DNA from: Alphaproteobacteria bacterium
GTDB taxonomy: Bacteria > Pseudomonadota > Alphaproteobacteria > Rs-D84
Length of the DNA stretch: 64,000 nucleotides
Direction of reading: 5' to 3'
NCBI GenBank assembly: GCA_033345235.1
Contig: JAWPOC010000014.1
Coordinates: 3,872 to 67,871, forward strand
The position numbers and the translations under genes were made by a program. Positions 1 to 7,657 of this stretch are shown here, in pieces. Under the pieces are notes generated by a model. The model worked only from the letters and a program-made list of their open reading frames with translations, did not search any database and was not told where the DNA came from. Numbering within the stretch: the first letter of the stretch is position 1; the number at the start of each line of letters is the position of its first letter.

Positions 1-368
1 CCAAATCCCAACTTATACGCACGTTCTAAAACCAATCCTAACCCTGCAAAAGCAAACCCTTTACACCGTTGTGATGGAATTATATTGTACCCCAAATTAC
101 CGCCACGTTGCATACTCTGTTCGGTCAATTCATGTCTGAATGTAAAACAACCAACGTAGTGACCATCATTTAACAACCAGAACAAGGAAATATTTTTTTG
201 TTGTGCAATATGTTCCAACCACTCTGATTCACGTCCCGCATCAATCATATCTATTAATTTTAACACGCCTGGCGTAAATGAGTTTGTTCCGGCGTCATTC
301 CGCTGCTCTTCCATCACATCTTTAAATGCGGACATATATTCAACAGACGGCTTTACCAACTTCAACAT
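1..368 (-). CDS. GNAT-family N-acetyltransferase, first ~122 codons only (ORF runs off the left window edge)
   Basis: Truncated, so absent from the ORF track. ATG at 366-368 (minus) with AAGGGA 5 nt upstream. Translation MLKLVKPSVEYMSAFKDVMEEQ...GHYVGCFTFRHELTEQSMQRGGNLGYNIIPSQRCKGFAFAGLGLVLERAYKLGF contains the GNAT acetyl-CoA motif (R-x-K-G-x-A). Confidence 0.6.
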   Translation of the reverse strand, partial: MLKLVKPSVEYMSAFKDVMEEQRNDAGTNSFTPGVLKLIDMIDAGRESEWLEHIAQQKNISLFWLLNDGHYVGCFTFRHELTEQSMQRGGNLGYNIIPSQRCKGFAFAGLGLVLERAYKLGF

Positions 369-418
369 GGATATCCCTTTTTTGATTACATTATATCACA
401 AATTTCGCAGAAAAGAAT

Positions 419-1183
419 TTAACGATTTTTAAGTGTTTTTGCAAAAACCGTTTGTTGTTCGACTATTTGTAGTAATACATGTTCACCAAATTTATTTTCT
501 TCAAAAAAATCTTGCAAATAATAAGCAATGGATTCAAATGGTCTTTGCTTATATGCAGCAAGTTCCTGGGGCGATGTCACACCATTGGGGGAATCAGAAA
601 TAAAATTTTCCATCACAGCTGCAACCTTTTGTTCGCCCAATGGACTGCGATCTGGATGTCTGACGTACAAATGATGTGTAAATTCATGCAAAATCATACC
701 TATAAAATCCTGCATATTACCCATATAGTTTTTATTTATATTGATATCCCCGGTATTAAAGTTGTATTCTGCCCCTTTATTTTGTGGCATATTATCCTTC
801 AAAACCAACCTATTCGGAATAATATTTAACCGTTTAGCGATATGATCTATGAACTTTTGACCGAATTTTAATTTTTGTTGAGCAGATAACAAGTCAAATC
901 GTACCGCATCATCAGAAAGATGTTTTTTTACTATATCTGTCGACATGTCAAACATCTGTTTCGCATATTGCAGACTATGTTTTTGCGTTTCTTTTTGTAA
1001 TAATTTTATAATAGCATTACTGTACTGCTCACGCTCTGTAATCAGTGCATTTATTTGCTGGAAATTGCCTTTGGCATCAGCTAACAATGGGTCTATCTGG
1101 CATTGAATTTCCTTCTTTTGTTTTCTCAACGATTGATATTCTTTGGAAAAATCTAAATCAAACGGTGATGATTTTGTGACCAT
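419..1183 (-). CDS. Hypothetical protein with HExxH zinc-metallopeptidase-like motif
   Basis: 254-aa ORF with AAGGA SD. Motif MILHEFTHHLYVRHPDRSPLG with a downstream Glu (PFESIAYY). No signal peptide. Extended -10 TGaTATAAT at 1213-1221 (minus). Distant paralog of 60757..61836. Confidence 0.6.
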   Translation of the reverse strand: MVTKSSPFDLDFSKEYQSLRKQKKEIQCQIDPLLADAKGNFQQINALITEREQYSNAIIKLLQKETQKHSLQYAKQMFDMSTDIVKKHLSDDAVRFDLLSAQQKLKFGQKFIDHIAKRLNIIPNRLVLKDNMPQNKGAEYNFNTGDININKNYMGNMQDFIGMILHEFTHHLYVRHPDRSPLGEQKVAAVMENFISDSPNGVTSPQELAAYKQRPFESIAYYLQDFFEENKFGEHVLLQIVEQQTVFAKTLKNR

Positions 1184-1244
1184 TTTTTATTATCCTTTAT
1201 CATTTATGAATCATTATATCACAAATTTGCAAAAACATATTAAC

Positions 1245-1295
1245 TTCTTTCCCGAACTGCAACAAATCATGTATTTCATCAGTTCGTGAATTGCA
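1245..1295 (-). repeat. 51-nt conserved upstream element, copy A (putative shared operator or regulatory module)
   Basis: 45 of 51 nt identical to 1784-1834. Lies just upstream of the promoter of 419..1183. Gene-strand sequence TGCAATTCACGAACTGATGAAATACATGATTTGTTGCAGTTCGGGAAAGAA contains the inverted repeat CGAACT...AGTTCG. Confidence 0.6.
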
Positions 1296-1310
1296 CGAGA
1301 CGCCCTGCCA

Positions 1311-1345
1311 AAATAACAAAATCACCCGAACGGGTGATTTTTTCT
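1311..1345 (-). terminator. Rho-independent terminator downstream of 1413..1694
   Basis: Hairpin ATCACCC-GAAC-GGGTGAT (1321-1338), flanked by an A-rich run on the plus strand (U-rich on the minus strand) and a T-run. Confidence 0.6.
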
Positions 1346-1412
1346 TTGTTTCTTAATAGTTTCCGCTATTTGTAAGTCGGGTGGGGACAAAAAACACCAC
1401 CGTTTCACCCAT

Positions 1413-1694
1413 TTACAAGCTTTTATACTGCTTTTGGCATTGTTCGCAAATTTGTTGTGATTTTTTATAAACTTCGATAAATTTATTACCGATATCTTCA
1501 GTTTCTAATTTTAACCTATATCTCGCGTTGGTTTGTGGTGGTGAATCAGCATGTGTGGTATTACGTATATCAACAACATCCAAGACATCTTTTTGATTTA
1601 ACAAATATTCTTGTACTGGGCAGTTTTCGGTTCGACACCATAAACAATGTGCAAGTTGTAAACATTGAGACGATGAAATCCATGGATTATACAT
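1413..1694 (-). CDS. Hypothetical small Cys-containing protein (93 aa)
   Basis: ORF preceded on the minus strand by TTGACA (1748-1753), a 16-nt spacer and TATAAT (1726-1731), plus an AAGG SD. Contains C-x2-C (CEQC) and C-x5-C-x2-C (CLQLAHCLWC) motifs. No homology recognised. Confidence 0.5.
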   Translation of the reverse strand: MYNPWISSSQCLQLAHCLWCRTENCPVQEYLLNQKDVLDVVDIRNTTHADSPPQTNARYRLKLETEDIGNKFIEVYKKSQQICEQCQKQYKSL

Positions 1695-1783
1695 TTTTCA
1701 TACCTTTTGTTGTTTTATAAATTGTATTATAAACAAAAAAGCCATTTTGTCAATAAGTTTAAAGGCATACAAAAATAATTTTA

Positions 1784-1834
1784 TTCTTTCCCGAACGATA
1801 ACAAATCGTGCATTTCATCAGCTCGTGAATTGCA
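1784..1834 (-). repeat. 51-nt conserved upstream element, copy B
   Basis: Same element as 1245-1295, about 30 nt upstream of the -35 of 1413..1694. The A-to-G change in the stem keeps pairing as a G-U wobble (CGAGC / GTTCG). Confidence 0.6.
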
Positions 1835-1915
1835 TAGATATGAATTTATTGTAATCGATAATAAGAAAAAAACTCGCCAAACAGACGAGTTTTGTTTTAT
1901 CAAAAATAAGACACT

Positions 1916-2323
1916 TTATTTCGACAAAGCAATCTTTGCTTTTTGCAGTTCTTGTTTACCCTTTTCATCATACGTATAGTAATACAACAATTCTCTTTTA
2001 TTTATGTTGTCGGCATCAATTGCCGCTTCTGGAACAGCCCAAATAATTGACAGCGGCCAACTCAACAAATTCAAGAACCCGTACAAAACTTGTGATGATT
2101 CTGCTGCATTACCTGTACCAAGATAAAAGTTACCCACACCTGGCAACAAGTTTAACGCACCCGCAGCAACTGGAGACGCAGGCTTTTCGTAATTTCCGAC
2201 AGGACGATCTACCGTCACTCCTTGGGCTTGCAATTCTCTAAGCTGCATAGTTTCTTGTCTTGTCAAGGTTGTACAACCCGCCAAAACCGCAACACTAACA
2301 ATAAACAATAATATTTTTTTCAT
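1916..2323 (-). CDS. Lipoprotein with C-terminal hydrophobic Gly-rich segment
   Basis: MKKILLFIVSVAVLAGC lipobox. 135 aa. GALNLLPGVGNFYLGTGN and WPLSIIW hydrophobic stretches. Confidence 0.7.
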   Translation of the reverse strand: MKKILLFIVSVAVLAGCTTLTRQETMQLRELQAQGVTVDRPVGNYEKPASPVAAGALNLLPGVGNFYLGTGNAAESSQVLYGFLNLLSWPLSIIWAVPEAAIDADNINKRELLYYYTYDEKGKQELQKAKIALSK

Positions 2324-2491
2324 TTTATCTCCTTTTTTAGATGCTGTGATTATATTCCAACACCACTAATATTTCAACACATATTCAAAATATTCTTCAG
2401 CATTTTTCCCAAACAACAAATCATAAACCCATATTTTATCTGGCTTTTATATATTGACAAAATATATATTTTGTTTACACTGTCTGACACC

Positions 2492-3058
2492 ATGAGCATT
2501 AAACTACAAAAATTAAATATTACAACTATTGCCAGATACGCACATGAATTTTATCATGTGTTGGACACTAATCGTGAACGACTGACGCCTTATTTTTTCT
2601 GGGCGTCTAAGAACACGATACCAGATTTTGCGCAAAGCCTTGCATTTATGGTTATTAATTTAATGCAGATTAGATATCAATATGTAATACATAAGTTTTT
2701 TGACACCCCATACCATGAACGATTTGTTATTTTAAATCAGAACAAAGTCTCGGGAATGATTGGACTGGATAAAATAGACCCGTTTTTCCAAGATGCCGAA
2801 GTATGGTATTGGATTAGCGACCAAGATGAAGGACATGGCGTCGCAACAAACGCACTAAAACAAGTCGAAGAATATTCCACAAATGTATTAAATCTTGATT
2901 CTTTGTATGCATGCGTTGTACGCGACAATGAGCGCTCTAAAAAAATGCTAAAACGCAATCAATATGAAATTACTGATATAAAATACGGTGTTCCAATATC
3001 TGAACGCAATCACAGAATTGTAGATATCGTGCATTACAGAAAGTATCTTGAAAGATAA
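2492..3058 (+). CDS. GNAT-family N-acetyltransferase (RimJ/RimL-like)
   Basis: The ORF track starts at TTG 2471; the in-frame ATG at 2492 is more likely. ...WYWISDQDEGHGVATNALKQVEEYSTNVLNLDSLYACVVRDNERSKKMLKRNQYE matches GNAT motif A and its surroundings. Confidence 0.7.
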   Translation: MSIKLQKLNITTIARYAHEFYHVLDTNRERLTPYFFWASKNTIPDFAQSLAFMVINLMQIRYQYVIHKFFDTPYHERFVILNQNKVSGMIGLDKIDPFFQDAEVWYWISDQDEGHGVATNALKQVEEYSTNVLNLDSLYACVVRDNERSKKMLKRNQYEITDIKYGVPISERNHRIVDIVHYRKYLER

Positions 3059-3109
3059 AAATGCTATTTAATTTGACATATGGCACACGCTGAATATATA
3101 ATAAGCAGC

Positions 3110-3229
3110 ATGAAAAAGTTACTGACATTTTTTATTTTATGCGCTGTATTAACACTGGCAGGTTGCGGGGTAAAGTCTGAACTTGTGCGTCCTGGCGATA
3201 CTTTCCCGCGCGATTATCCGATATATTAA
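3110..3229 (+). CDS. Small lipoprotein (39 aa), LptM/YifL-like
   Basis: Below the ORF-track size cutoff. MKKLLTFFILCAVLTLAGCGVKSELVRPGDTFPRDYPIY: signal peptide, LAGC lipobox and a short Pro-containing tail, as in small LptM-type lipoproteins. Confidence 0.5.
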   Translation: MKKLLTFFILCAVLTLAGCGVKSELVRPGDTFPRDYPIY

Positions 3230-3348
3230 TTCAACAAAATTACCGCATAAAAAAATAATTTCATTTTTGTGCATTTTATGCTTGCACGAATCGTGTAAAT
3301 ATTACTAGTATGCCGTATCGACTTGTTACCATACAAAGGGGAAAAACT

Positions 3349-3726
3349 GTGATTATAGGGATTGGAATTGATTTGGTTGAATGCGGCCGCTTTTTGGACT
3401 GGTCTGCATTTAAAAAACAACGTATTTTTACAAAGAAAGAACTGGAATACGCAGAAAACGATAACGCAAATGCTGAAAAACATTTGGCAAATTTCTGGGC
3501 CGCGCGTGAGGCTTTTCTAAAAGCAATCGGCACAGGTTTTGGTGATGATATTGCTTTTTCTGACGTTTCTGTAATTCATAATGACGCCGGTCGCCCAGAA
3601 TTGTTAATCAGTGGCGGCGCCAAAGCTGCATTAAAAGACTTGGCGGGCACAAATGTAAACATCCACCTGTCTATTACAGACCAAGATGATTATTGTGCTG
3701 CAATAGTTGTAATTGAATCAAAATAA
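3349..3726 (+). CDS. acpS: Holo-[acyl-carrier-protein] synthase
   Basis: VIIGIGIDLVECGRF...FTKKELEYAE...FWAAREAFLKAIGTG...GRPELLISG...HLSITDQDDYCAAIVVIE. GTG start at 3349 with AAGGGG SD; the track's ATG at 3310 would add an atypical N-terminal extension. Confidence 0.9.
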   Translation: MIIGIGIDLVECGRFLDWSAFKKQRIFTKKELEYAENDNANAEKHLANFWAAREAFLKAIGTGFGDDIAFSDVSVIHNDAGRPELLISGGAKAALKDLAGTNVNIHLSITDQDDYCAAIVVIESK

Positions 3727-3728
3727 CA

Positions 3729-3756
3729 AAAACCGACATAACGTCGGTTTTTTTAT
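3729..3756 (+). terminator. Rho-independent terminator after acpS
   Basis: AAAAACCGAC-ATAAC-GTCGGTTTTTTT. Confidence 0.75.
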
Positions 3757-3813
3757 TTTGGCTACGCAGACGCCATATGGCAAAATTGTTATACGCGCAA
3801 AAAATGTTGAAGA

Positions 3814-3898
<85 letters not shown>

Positions 3899-3995
3899 AT
3901 TTTTGAAACTTTTTGCATTTTATTATAAAAAAAACTTGATTTCCAGTAAAATTTAACCTAAAATCGGTCGCAGAATAATATAAGAGGCAAATAAA

Positions 3996-4175
3996 ATGGC
4001 ATCTAAAAAAGGCAGTAAAGAAGTTGTACAGTTAAGAAACAACGAAACAGGTGTTTTCTATATTACAACAAAAAATACCAAGTCTGAAAATACAGCTGGT
4101 AAAATGAAGTTCCGTAAATATGACAAAAAATTGCGCAAGCATGTCGTGTTTACAGAAGCAAAGGTATCTCACTAA
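3996..4175 (+). CDS. rpmG: 50S ribosomal protein L33
   Basis: 59-aa ORF, just under the track cutoff: MASKKGSKEVVQLRNNETGVFYITTKNTKSENTAGKMKFRKYDKKLRKHVVFTEAKVSH. The FYxTxKN...KxxxRKYDxxxRKHVxF pattern is typical of L33. AAGAGG SD upstream. Confidence 0.9.
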   Translation: MASKKGSKEVVQLRNNETGVFYITTKNTKSENTAGKMKFRKYDKKLRKHVVFTEAKVSH

Positions 4176-4207
4176 GGCCTTTAGTGCGATCCCATAAGAT
4201 TCTAAAG

Positions 4208-4229
4208 TCCCCCACGCGGGGGATTTTTA
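4208..4229 (+). terminator. Rho-independent terminator after rpmG
   Basis: TCCCCC-ACGC-GGGGGA followed by TTTTT. Confidence 0.8.
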
Positions 4230-4366
4230 TAACATAAAATCCATATTTGTATAAAAATTTCGACAAAATGCTTGACTTTATATACAAAATATATACAATT
4301 TGCATAAACTTTTCGTCAAAACGACGAAATCAAGAACAATAAAACAAAAAAACCAAGAGAAAGAAT

Positions 4367-4666
4367 ATGAGCAATTATGCAATCTTTCAAACCGGCGGCA
4401 AACAATATCGCGTGGCAACAGGCGATGTTATCAAGGTTGAAAAACTGAATGCCGAAGGTAAAGTTGAATTCGACCAAGTTTTAATGGTTGGCGATAAAGT
4501 TGGCACACCTTTTGTTGAAGGCGCCAAAGTTGTCGCAGAAGTTGTTGAACAGAAACGCGCTGACAAAATTCTGGTATTCAAGAAAAAACGTCGCCAGAAT
4601 TATCGCCGCACAGCCGGTCATCGTCAGTATATCACTGTTTTGAAAATCACAGAAATCAAAGCATAA
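4367..4666 (+). CDS. rplU: 50S ribosomal protein L21
   Basis: [27 protein letters not shown]...[23 protein letters not shown]; canonical L21. Confidence 0.97.
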   Translation: MSNYAIFQTGGKQYRVATGDVIKVEKLNAEGKVEFDQVLMVGDKVGTPFVEGAKVVAEVVEQKRADKILVFKKKRRQNYRRTAGHRQYITVLKITEIKA

Positions 4667-4678
4667 GGAGGCAGAACT

Positions 4679-4945
4679 ATGGCACATAAGAAAGCTGGTT
4701 CGGCATCAACGAACGGACGTGACTCGGAAGGACGCAGACTGGGTATTAAAAAGTCTGGTGGCAGCCATGTTATCCCAGGCAACATCATCATTCGTCAACG
4801 TGGTACAACTGTACATCCTGGCTTGAATGTTGGTATGGGTAAAGATCATACAATCTTTGCAAAGGTTGTTGGTACTGTCAAATTCAAAAAAGGCAATGGC
4901 GACAGAAGAACTGTTTCCGTCGTCCCAGACACAGAAGCGAAATAA
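4679..4945 (+). CDS. rpmA: 50S ribosomal protein L27
   Basis: [28 protein letters not shown]...[13 protein letters not shown]; canonical L27, immediately after rplU. Confidence 0.97.
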   Translation: MAHKKAGSASTNGRDSEGRRLGIKKSGGSHVIPGNIIIRQRGTTVHPGLNVGMGKDHTIFAKVVGTVKFKKGNGDRRTVSVVPDTEAK

Positions 4946-4950
4946 TAAAA

Positions 4951-4975
4951 ACCGCCCGTTTGGGCGGTTTTTATT
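4951..4975 (+). terminator. Rho-independent terminator after rpmA
   Basis: ACCGCCC-GTTT-GGGCGGT followed by TTTT. Confidence 0.85.
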
Positions 4976-5038
4976 TAATCGATAATTTTCATTTTTATAA
5001 TTTTATATGAATCTGTAACCCAGCTGCCTAAAAACAGA

Positions 5039-5067
5039 TTGCAAAAGTAATCACATTACATTATAAT
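5039..5067 (+). promoter_or_regulatory. Sigma70-type promoter (TTGCAA, 17-nt spacer, TATAAT)
   Basis: TTGCAA at 5039-5044, exactly 17-nt spacer, TATAAT at 5062-5067. Predicted transcription start near 5075. Confidence 0.6.
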
Positions 5068-5074
5068 CACAATG

Positions 5075-5297
5075 CAATCGGAATCCAAACCATTGCAGGG
5101 GTGTAGCAACCCTTAATTTACAGATACCCGATTACATATCGGGATTTTGGAAGCGTACTCCGACCATCTGGTTGGAGGGCTGGTGGAATATAAAGAATAC
5201 ACCACACTATTTTCTGTAAATTATAGTTGCTAACCTCCAACCACCATATACGCGGTATTGCGTGGTTTCTTTTTAAAAAAGGAACGGTCGGAGAGAA
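5075..5297 (+). promoter_or_regulatory. Long structured 5' leader, copy 1 of a 3-copy family (candidate cis-regulatory RNA)
   Basis: Segment A CTCCGACC (5158-5165), B GGTTGGAGG (5170-5178), C CCTCCAACC (5234-5242), D GGTCGGAG (5286-5293, SD region). A pairs with B or D, and C pairs with B or D. A hairpin plus T-run follows at 5244-5274. Homologous leaders lie at 7658-7907 and 50024-50276. Confidence 0.55.
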
Positions 5298-6407
5298 ATG
5301 AAGCACGTAAATTTAGTATTAACTATGCTATTAATCCCCATATCTGCCAATTGTGCAGAATTGCTGACGTTTGGCCCGCCAATTTGTCCATATGGCCAGT
5401 ACAGATATAATGGTACTTGCACAGACTTTGACATTAATCACACAGATTGCGCAGAATATTTCGAAAACAATAACGGTCATTTAATAACACTGGACGTCAG
5501 TACGTTTCGTTTTACAGAATCTGGTGCACGTGAATGTTATGGCCCGTATTCCACATATACTTATGATAAAACGCGTATCCAACCAGTAAATTCCAAAGGC
5601 ACGTATTTGTATACAGTAACTAAATCTGCACCAATATGCGGCTTTGGTCAGTATCACTTAAACGGTGCGTGCTATAGCTATGATGACGTTAATGCAACAG
5701 GTAAATGTAAATCAGATTATCACTTGATGGGTGCACCCGACAGTTCATTTATGCGTCCCATCGCTGAAGAGCCATATTGTAACGGCGATTATAGTTTGTA
5801 TAAGTATGCCACAGGCACATTCGATGGCATATATCCAATGTATCATGGGACATTGTTGTTTGGGCCTGCGATAGGCAAAGTTGCCGATATGAAGACACAT
5901 GCGTGCAGTGTGAACAGCAATAATTATTATCAAATTGGTATAACCGCCCAAGGCTCATACGCGTATCCAGAACGTGGAATATGCGCCACAGGGTATTCTA
6001 AGTTCGTCGTTAAATATAATTGTTGGCAGATTGATACCGCAGACAGCGCGACATTAAACAACGCACATATCTGTGGCGTATTGTGTGAAAAACCAGAATA
6101 TGTTTACACGAATTCAGGTCGTTGTTCAACGGACGGCTATTGCGAAAACGGTGACAAGAAATTGCGCTTGCATGTTGCGCGCCCAGACGGGGAAAAGTAC
6201 AGCTATCCATTATATGCGTCCAAGACCAGTGATCCGGCCATGCACTTTAAGTTTGTGAACGCATCGGGGAATGAACAGATGTGTTATGTGAATTTAGTAC
6301 CGCCAGAGGCGATAAACCACTTTGTAGGCACAAAACCCAATCCAATCCGCACAATGTTTTATAACCCCGATCTCGGCAAAAACGAAACATTAATAACGAT
6401 AGATTAA
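5298..6407 (+). CDS. Secreted Cys-rich protein (369 aa)
   Basis: Signal peptide MKHVNLVLTMLLIPISANCAE. Repeated module PIC-x-[YF]-GQY-x2-NG-x-C (ICPYGQYRYNGTC and ICGFGQYHLNGAC). Many Cys throughout. No homology recognised. Confidence 0.7.
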   Translation: MKHVNLVLTMLLIPISANCAELLTFGPPICPYGQYRYNGTCTDFDINHTDCAEYFENNNGHLITLDVSTFRFTESGARECYGPYSTYTYDKTRIQPVNSKGTYLYTVTKSAPICGFGQYHLNGACYSYDDVNATGKCKSDYHLMGAPDSSFMRPIAEEPYCNGDYSLYKYATGTFDGIYPMYHGTLLFGPAIGKVADMKTHACSVNSNNYYQIGITAQGSYAYPERGICATGYSKFVVKYNCWQIDTADSATLNNAHICGVLCEKPEYVYTNSGRCSTDGYCENGDKKLRLHVARPDGEKYSYPLYASKTSDPAMHFKFVNASGNEQMCYVNLVPPEAINHFVGTKPNPIRTMFYNPDLGKNETLITID

Positions 6408-6423
6408 AGAAAAAGGAAGAACG

Positions 6424-6486
6424 TTGTTCAAGAATAAAGAACTTAAAAACCTCTGTCATCCTGTGGCTTGACCACAGGACCCAGGT
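6424..6486. repeat. 63-bp palindrome-containing intergenic repeat (GTCATCCTGTGGCTTGACCACAGGACCCAGG family)
   Basis: 61 of 63 nt identical to 30797-30859. Contains the hairpin CCTGTGG-CTTGAC-CACAGG. Confidence 0.85.
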
Positions 6487-6544
6487 GAATGTGTCGCGCG
6501 CAGCGCACAATCATTAACCACTAAGAACACAGAAAGGAGAACGA

Positions 6545-7087
6545 ATGAAGAAACTGATGATGATATTGATGGCGGTGCCGATATGCGCATTTGCGGCAGA
6601 TCAAGATGAAATCTGTCGTCGTAATACGTTGGTAATGGCGGTACTGCAAATGGGCGAACAGGGTAATGGTACAAAATACGAACAAATATACCCAGACGAT
6701 AACACACAATACAAAGTCCATCTGCCATACGATATTTTTGGCGATATGCGTTCGAATGTAGAGGCGAAATATATCAATGTATCCAGTACTTGTAACGAAA
6801 TATTTGCGCGCTCTGCTGCAGATGGTTCCAGCAGTGACGATGGTACGACGCCAGTACCTGGGGATGTGAATTCGTTTTTAAAGGCGGCACCTGGTGATAT
6901 TGGGACGCGTTGTTGGTGTCGTATGTCTGGTCCTGTAACATCGTGGTGGATGTATGCGAAAACATATTCTGATTCAGACACGTGTGGTGCGCAGTGTGGT
7001 GTATATTGTGCATCAGGCTTTATGAACAACAGCGCGCTGGACAACGGTCGTGGGATGCGCGACGCAATGTTTTATGCGATATGGTAA
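6545..7087 (+). CDS. Secreted Cys-rich protein (180 aa), paralog of 7103..7597
   Basis: Signal peptide MKKLMMILMAVPICAFA, GGAGA SD. Shares with the next gene an N-terminal C-x-R-[ND]-[TD]-x-V motif and C-terminal C-x-C/Y-x-M-x2-P-x2-S-x-W (CWCRMSGPVTSWW versus YCYYQMTHPMLSRW). Confidence 0.7.
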   Translation: MKKLMMILMAVPICAFAADQDEICRRNTLVMAVLQMGEQGNGTKYEQIYPDDNTQYKVHLPYDIFGDMRSNVEAKYINVSSTCNEIFARSAADGSSSDDGTTPVPGDVNSFLKAAPGDIGTRCWCRMSGPVTSWWMYAKTYSDSDTCGAQCGVYCASGFMNNSALDNGRGMRDAMFYAIW

Positions 7088-7102
7088 AGAAAGGTGAAAA
7101 CA

Positions 7103-7597
7103 ATGAAGAAAATATTAATAATTTTATTATGTGTATGCGGTTTAAATGCCAACGCGACAGAAATGTGCGCCCGCGATGACACAGTTGTTGTCCCACTGGA
7201 CGCAACGATTGAGCCAGCAGATGTATTATATTTAAATATTATTGAATGGATGTACGGGCGTGAGTTTTCATATGGTATTATTAGTATGGCAATAACAATG
7301 TTATCTTTATCAGATATTCGAGAAATAAATAACAATTCAAATATAGCTGCGGCACCAAATGAGCTGCTGACGTCTGATGAACGTTTGTTGGGGCGCGAAG
7401 GTTGGTATAACGATGACAAAACATCCCCTGATAATGAACGTGTGTATTGTTATTATCAAATGACGCATCCAATGTTATCACGATGGATTTTGTTGGGAAA
7501 GTATACAACGCCAACAAATTGTATAAATAATGTATCTTGGTACGGTTTGACGTTGGATAAGCGTAAACAATTGTTCAATGCGATATTGCCAGAATAA
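7103..7597 (+). CDS. Secreted protein (164 aa), paralog of 6545..7087
   Basis: The track starts at GTG 7094; ATG 7103 with AAAGGTGA upstream is more likely. Signal peptide MKKILIILLCVCGLNANA. Confidence 0.65.
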   Translation: MKKILIILLCVCGLNANATEMCARDDTVVVPLDATIEPADVLYLNIIEWMYGREFSYGIISMAITMLSLSDIREINNNSNIAAAPNELLTSDERLLGREGWYNDDKTSPDNERVYCYYQMTHPMLSRWILLGKYTTPTNCINNVSWYGLTLDKRKQLFNAILPE

Positions 7598-7621
7598 TTA
7601 TTCTGACGTCAATAAAAGATA

Positions 7622-7650
7622 TTGCGGCTGCCTTTATATTTATGTATAAT
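7622..7650 (+). promoter_or_regulatory. Sigma70-type promoter (TTGCGG, 17-nt spacer, TATAAT)
   Basis: TTGCGG at 7622-7627, 17-nt spacer, TATAAT at 7645-7650. Predicted start near 7658. Confidence 0.55.
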
Positions 7651-7657
7651 TTATATG

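Noticed and set aside
1245-1295. Hammerhead-ribozyme-like CUGAUGA...GAAA in the 51-nt upstream element (gene strand)
   Set aside because: The nucleotides after CUGAUGA and before GAAA cannot form stem II (A versus G at the closing pair), and no stem I/III or cleavage-site context fits. It is more likely a protein-binding site or a simple hairpin.
5075-5297. Assignment of the leader to a known riboswitch class (c-di-GMP I/II, TPP, fluoride, Mn2+/yybP, glycine, ZTP, SAM-II) or to a ROSE thermometer
   Set aside because: None of the conserved core sequences of these classes, as I remember them, is present. It is left as an unclassified candidate pending a cmscan.
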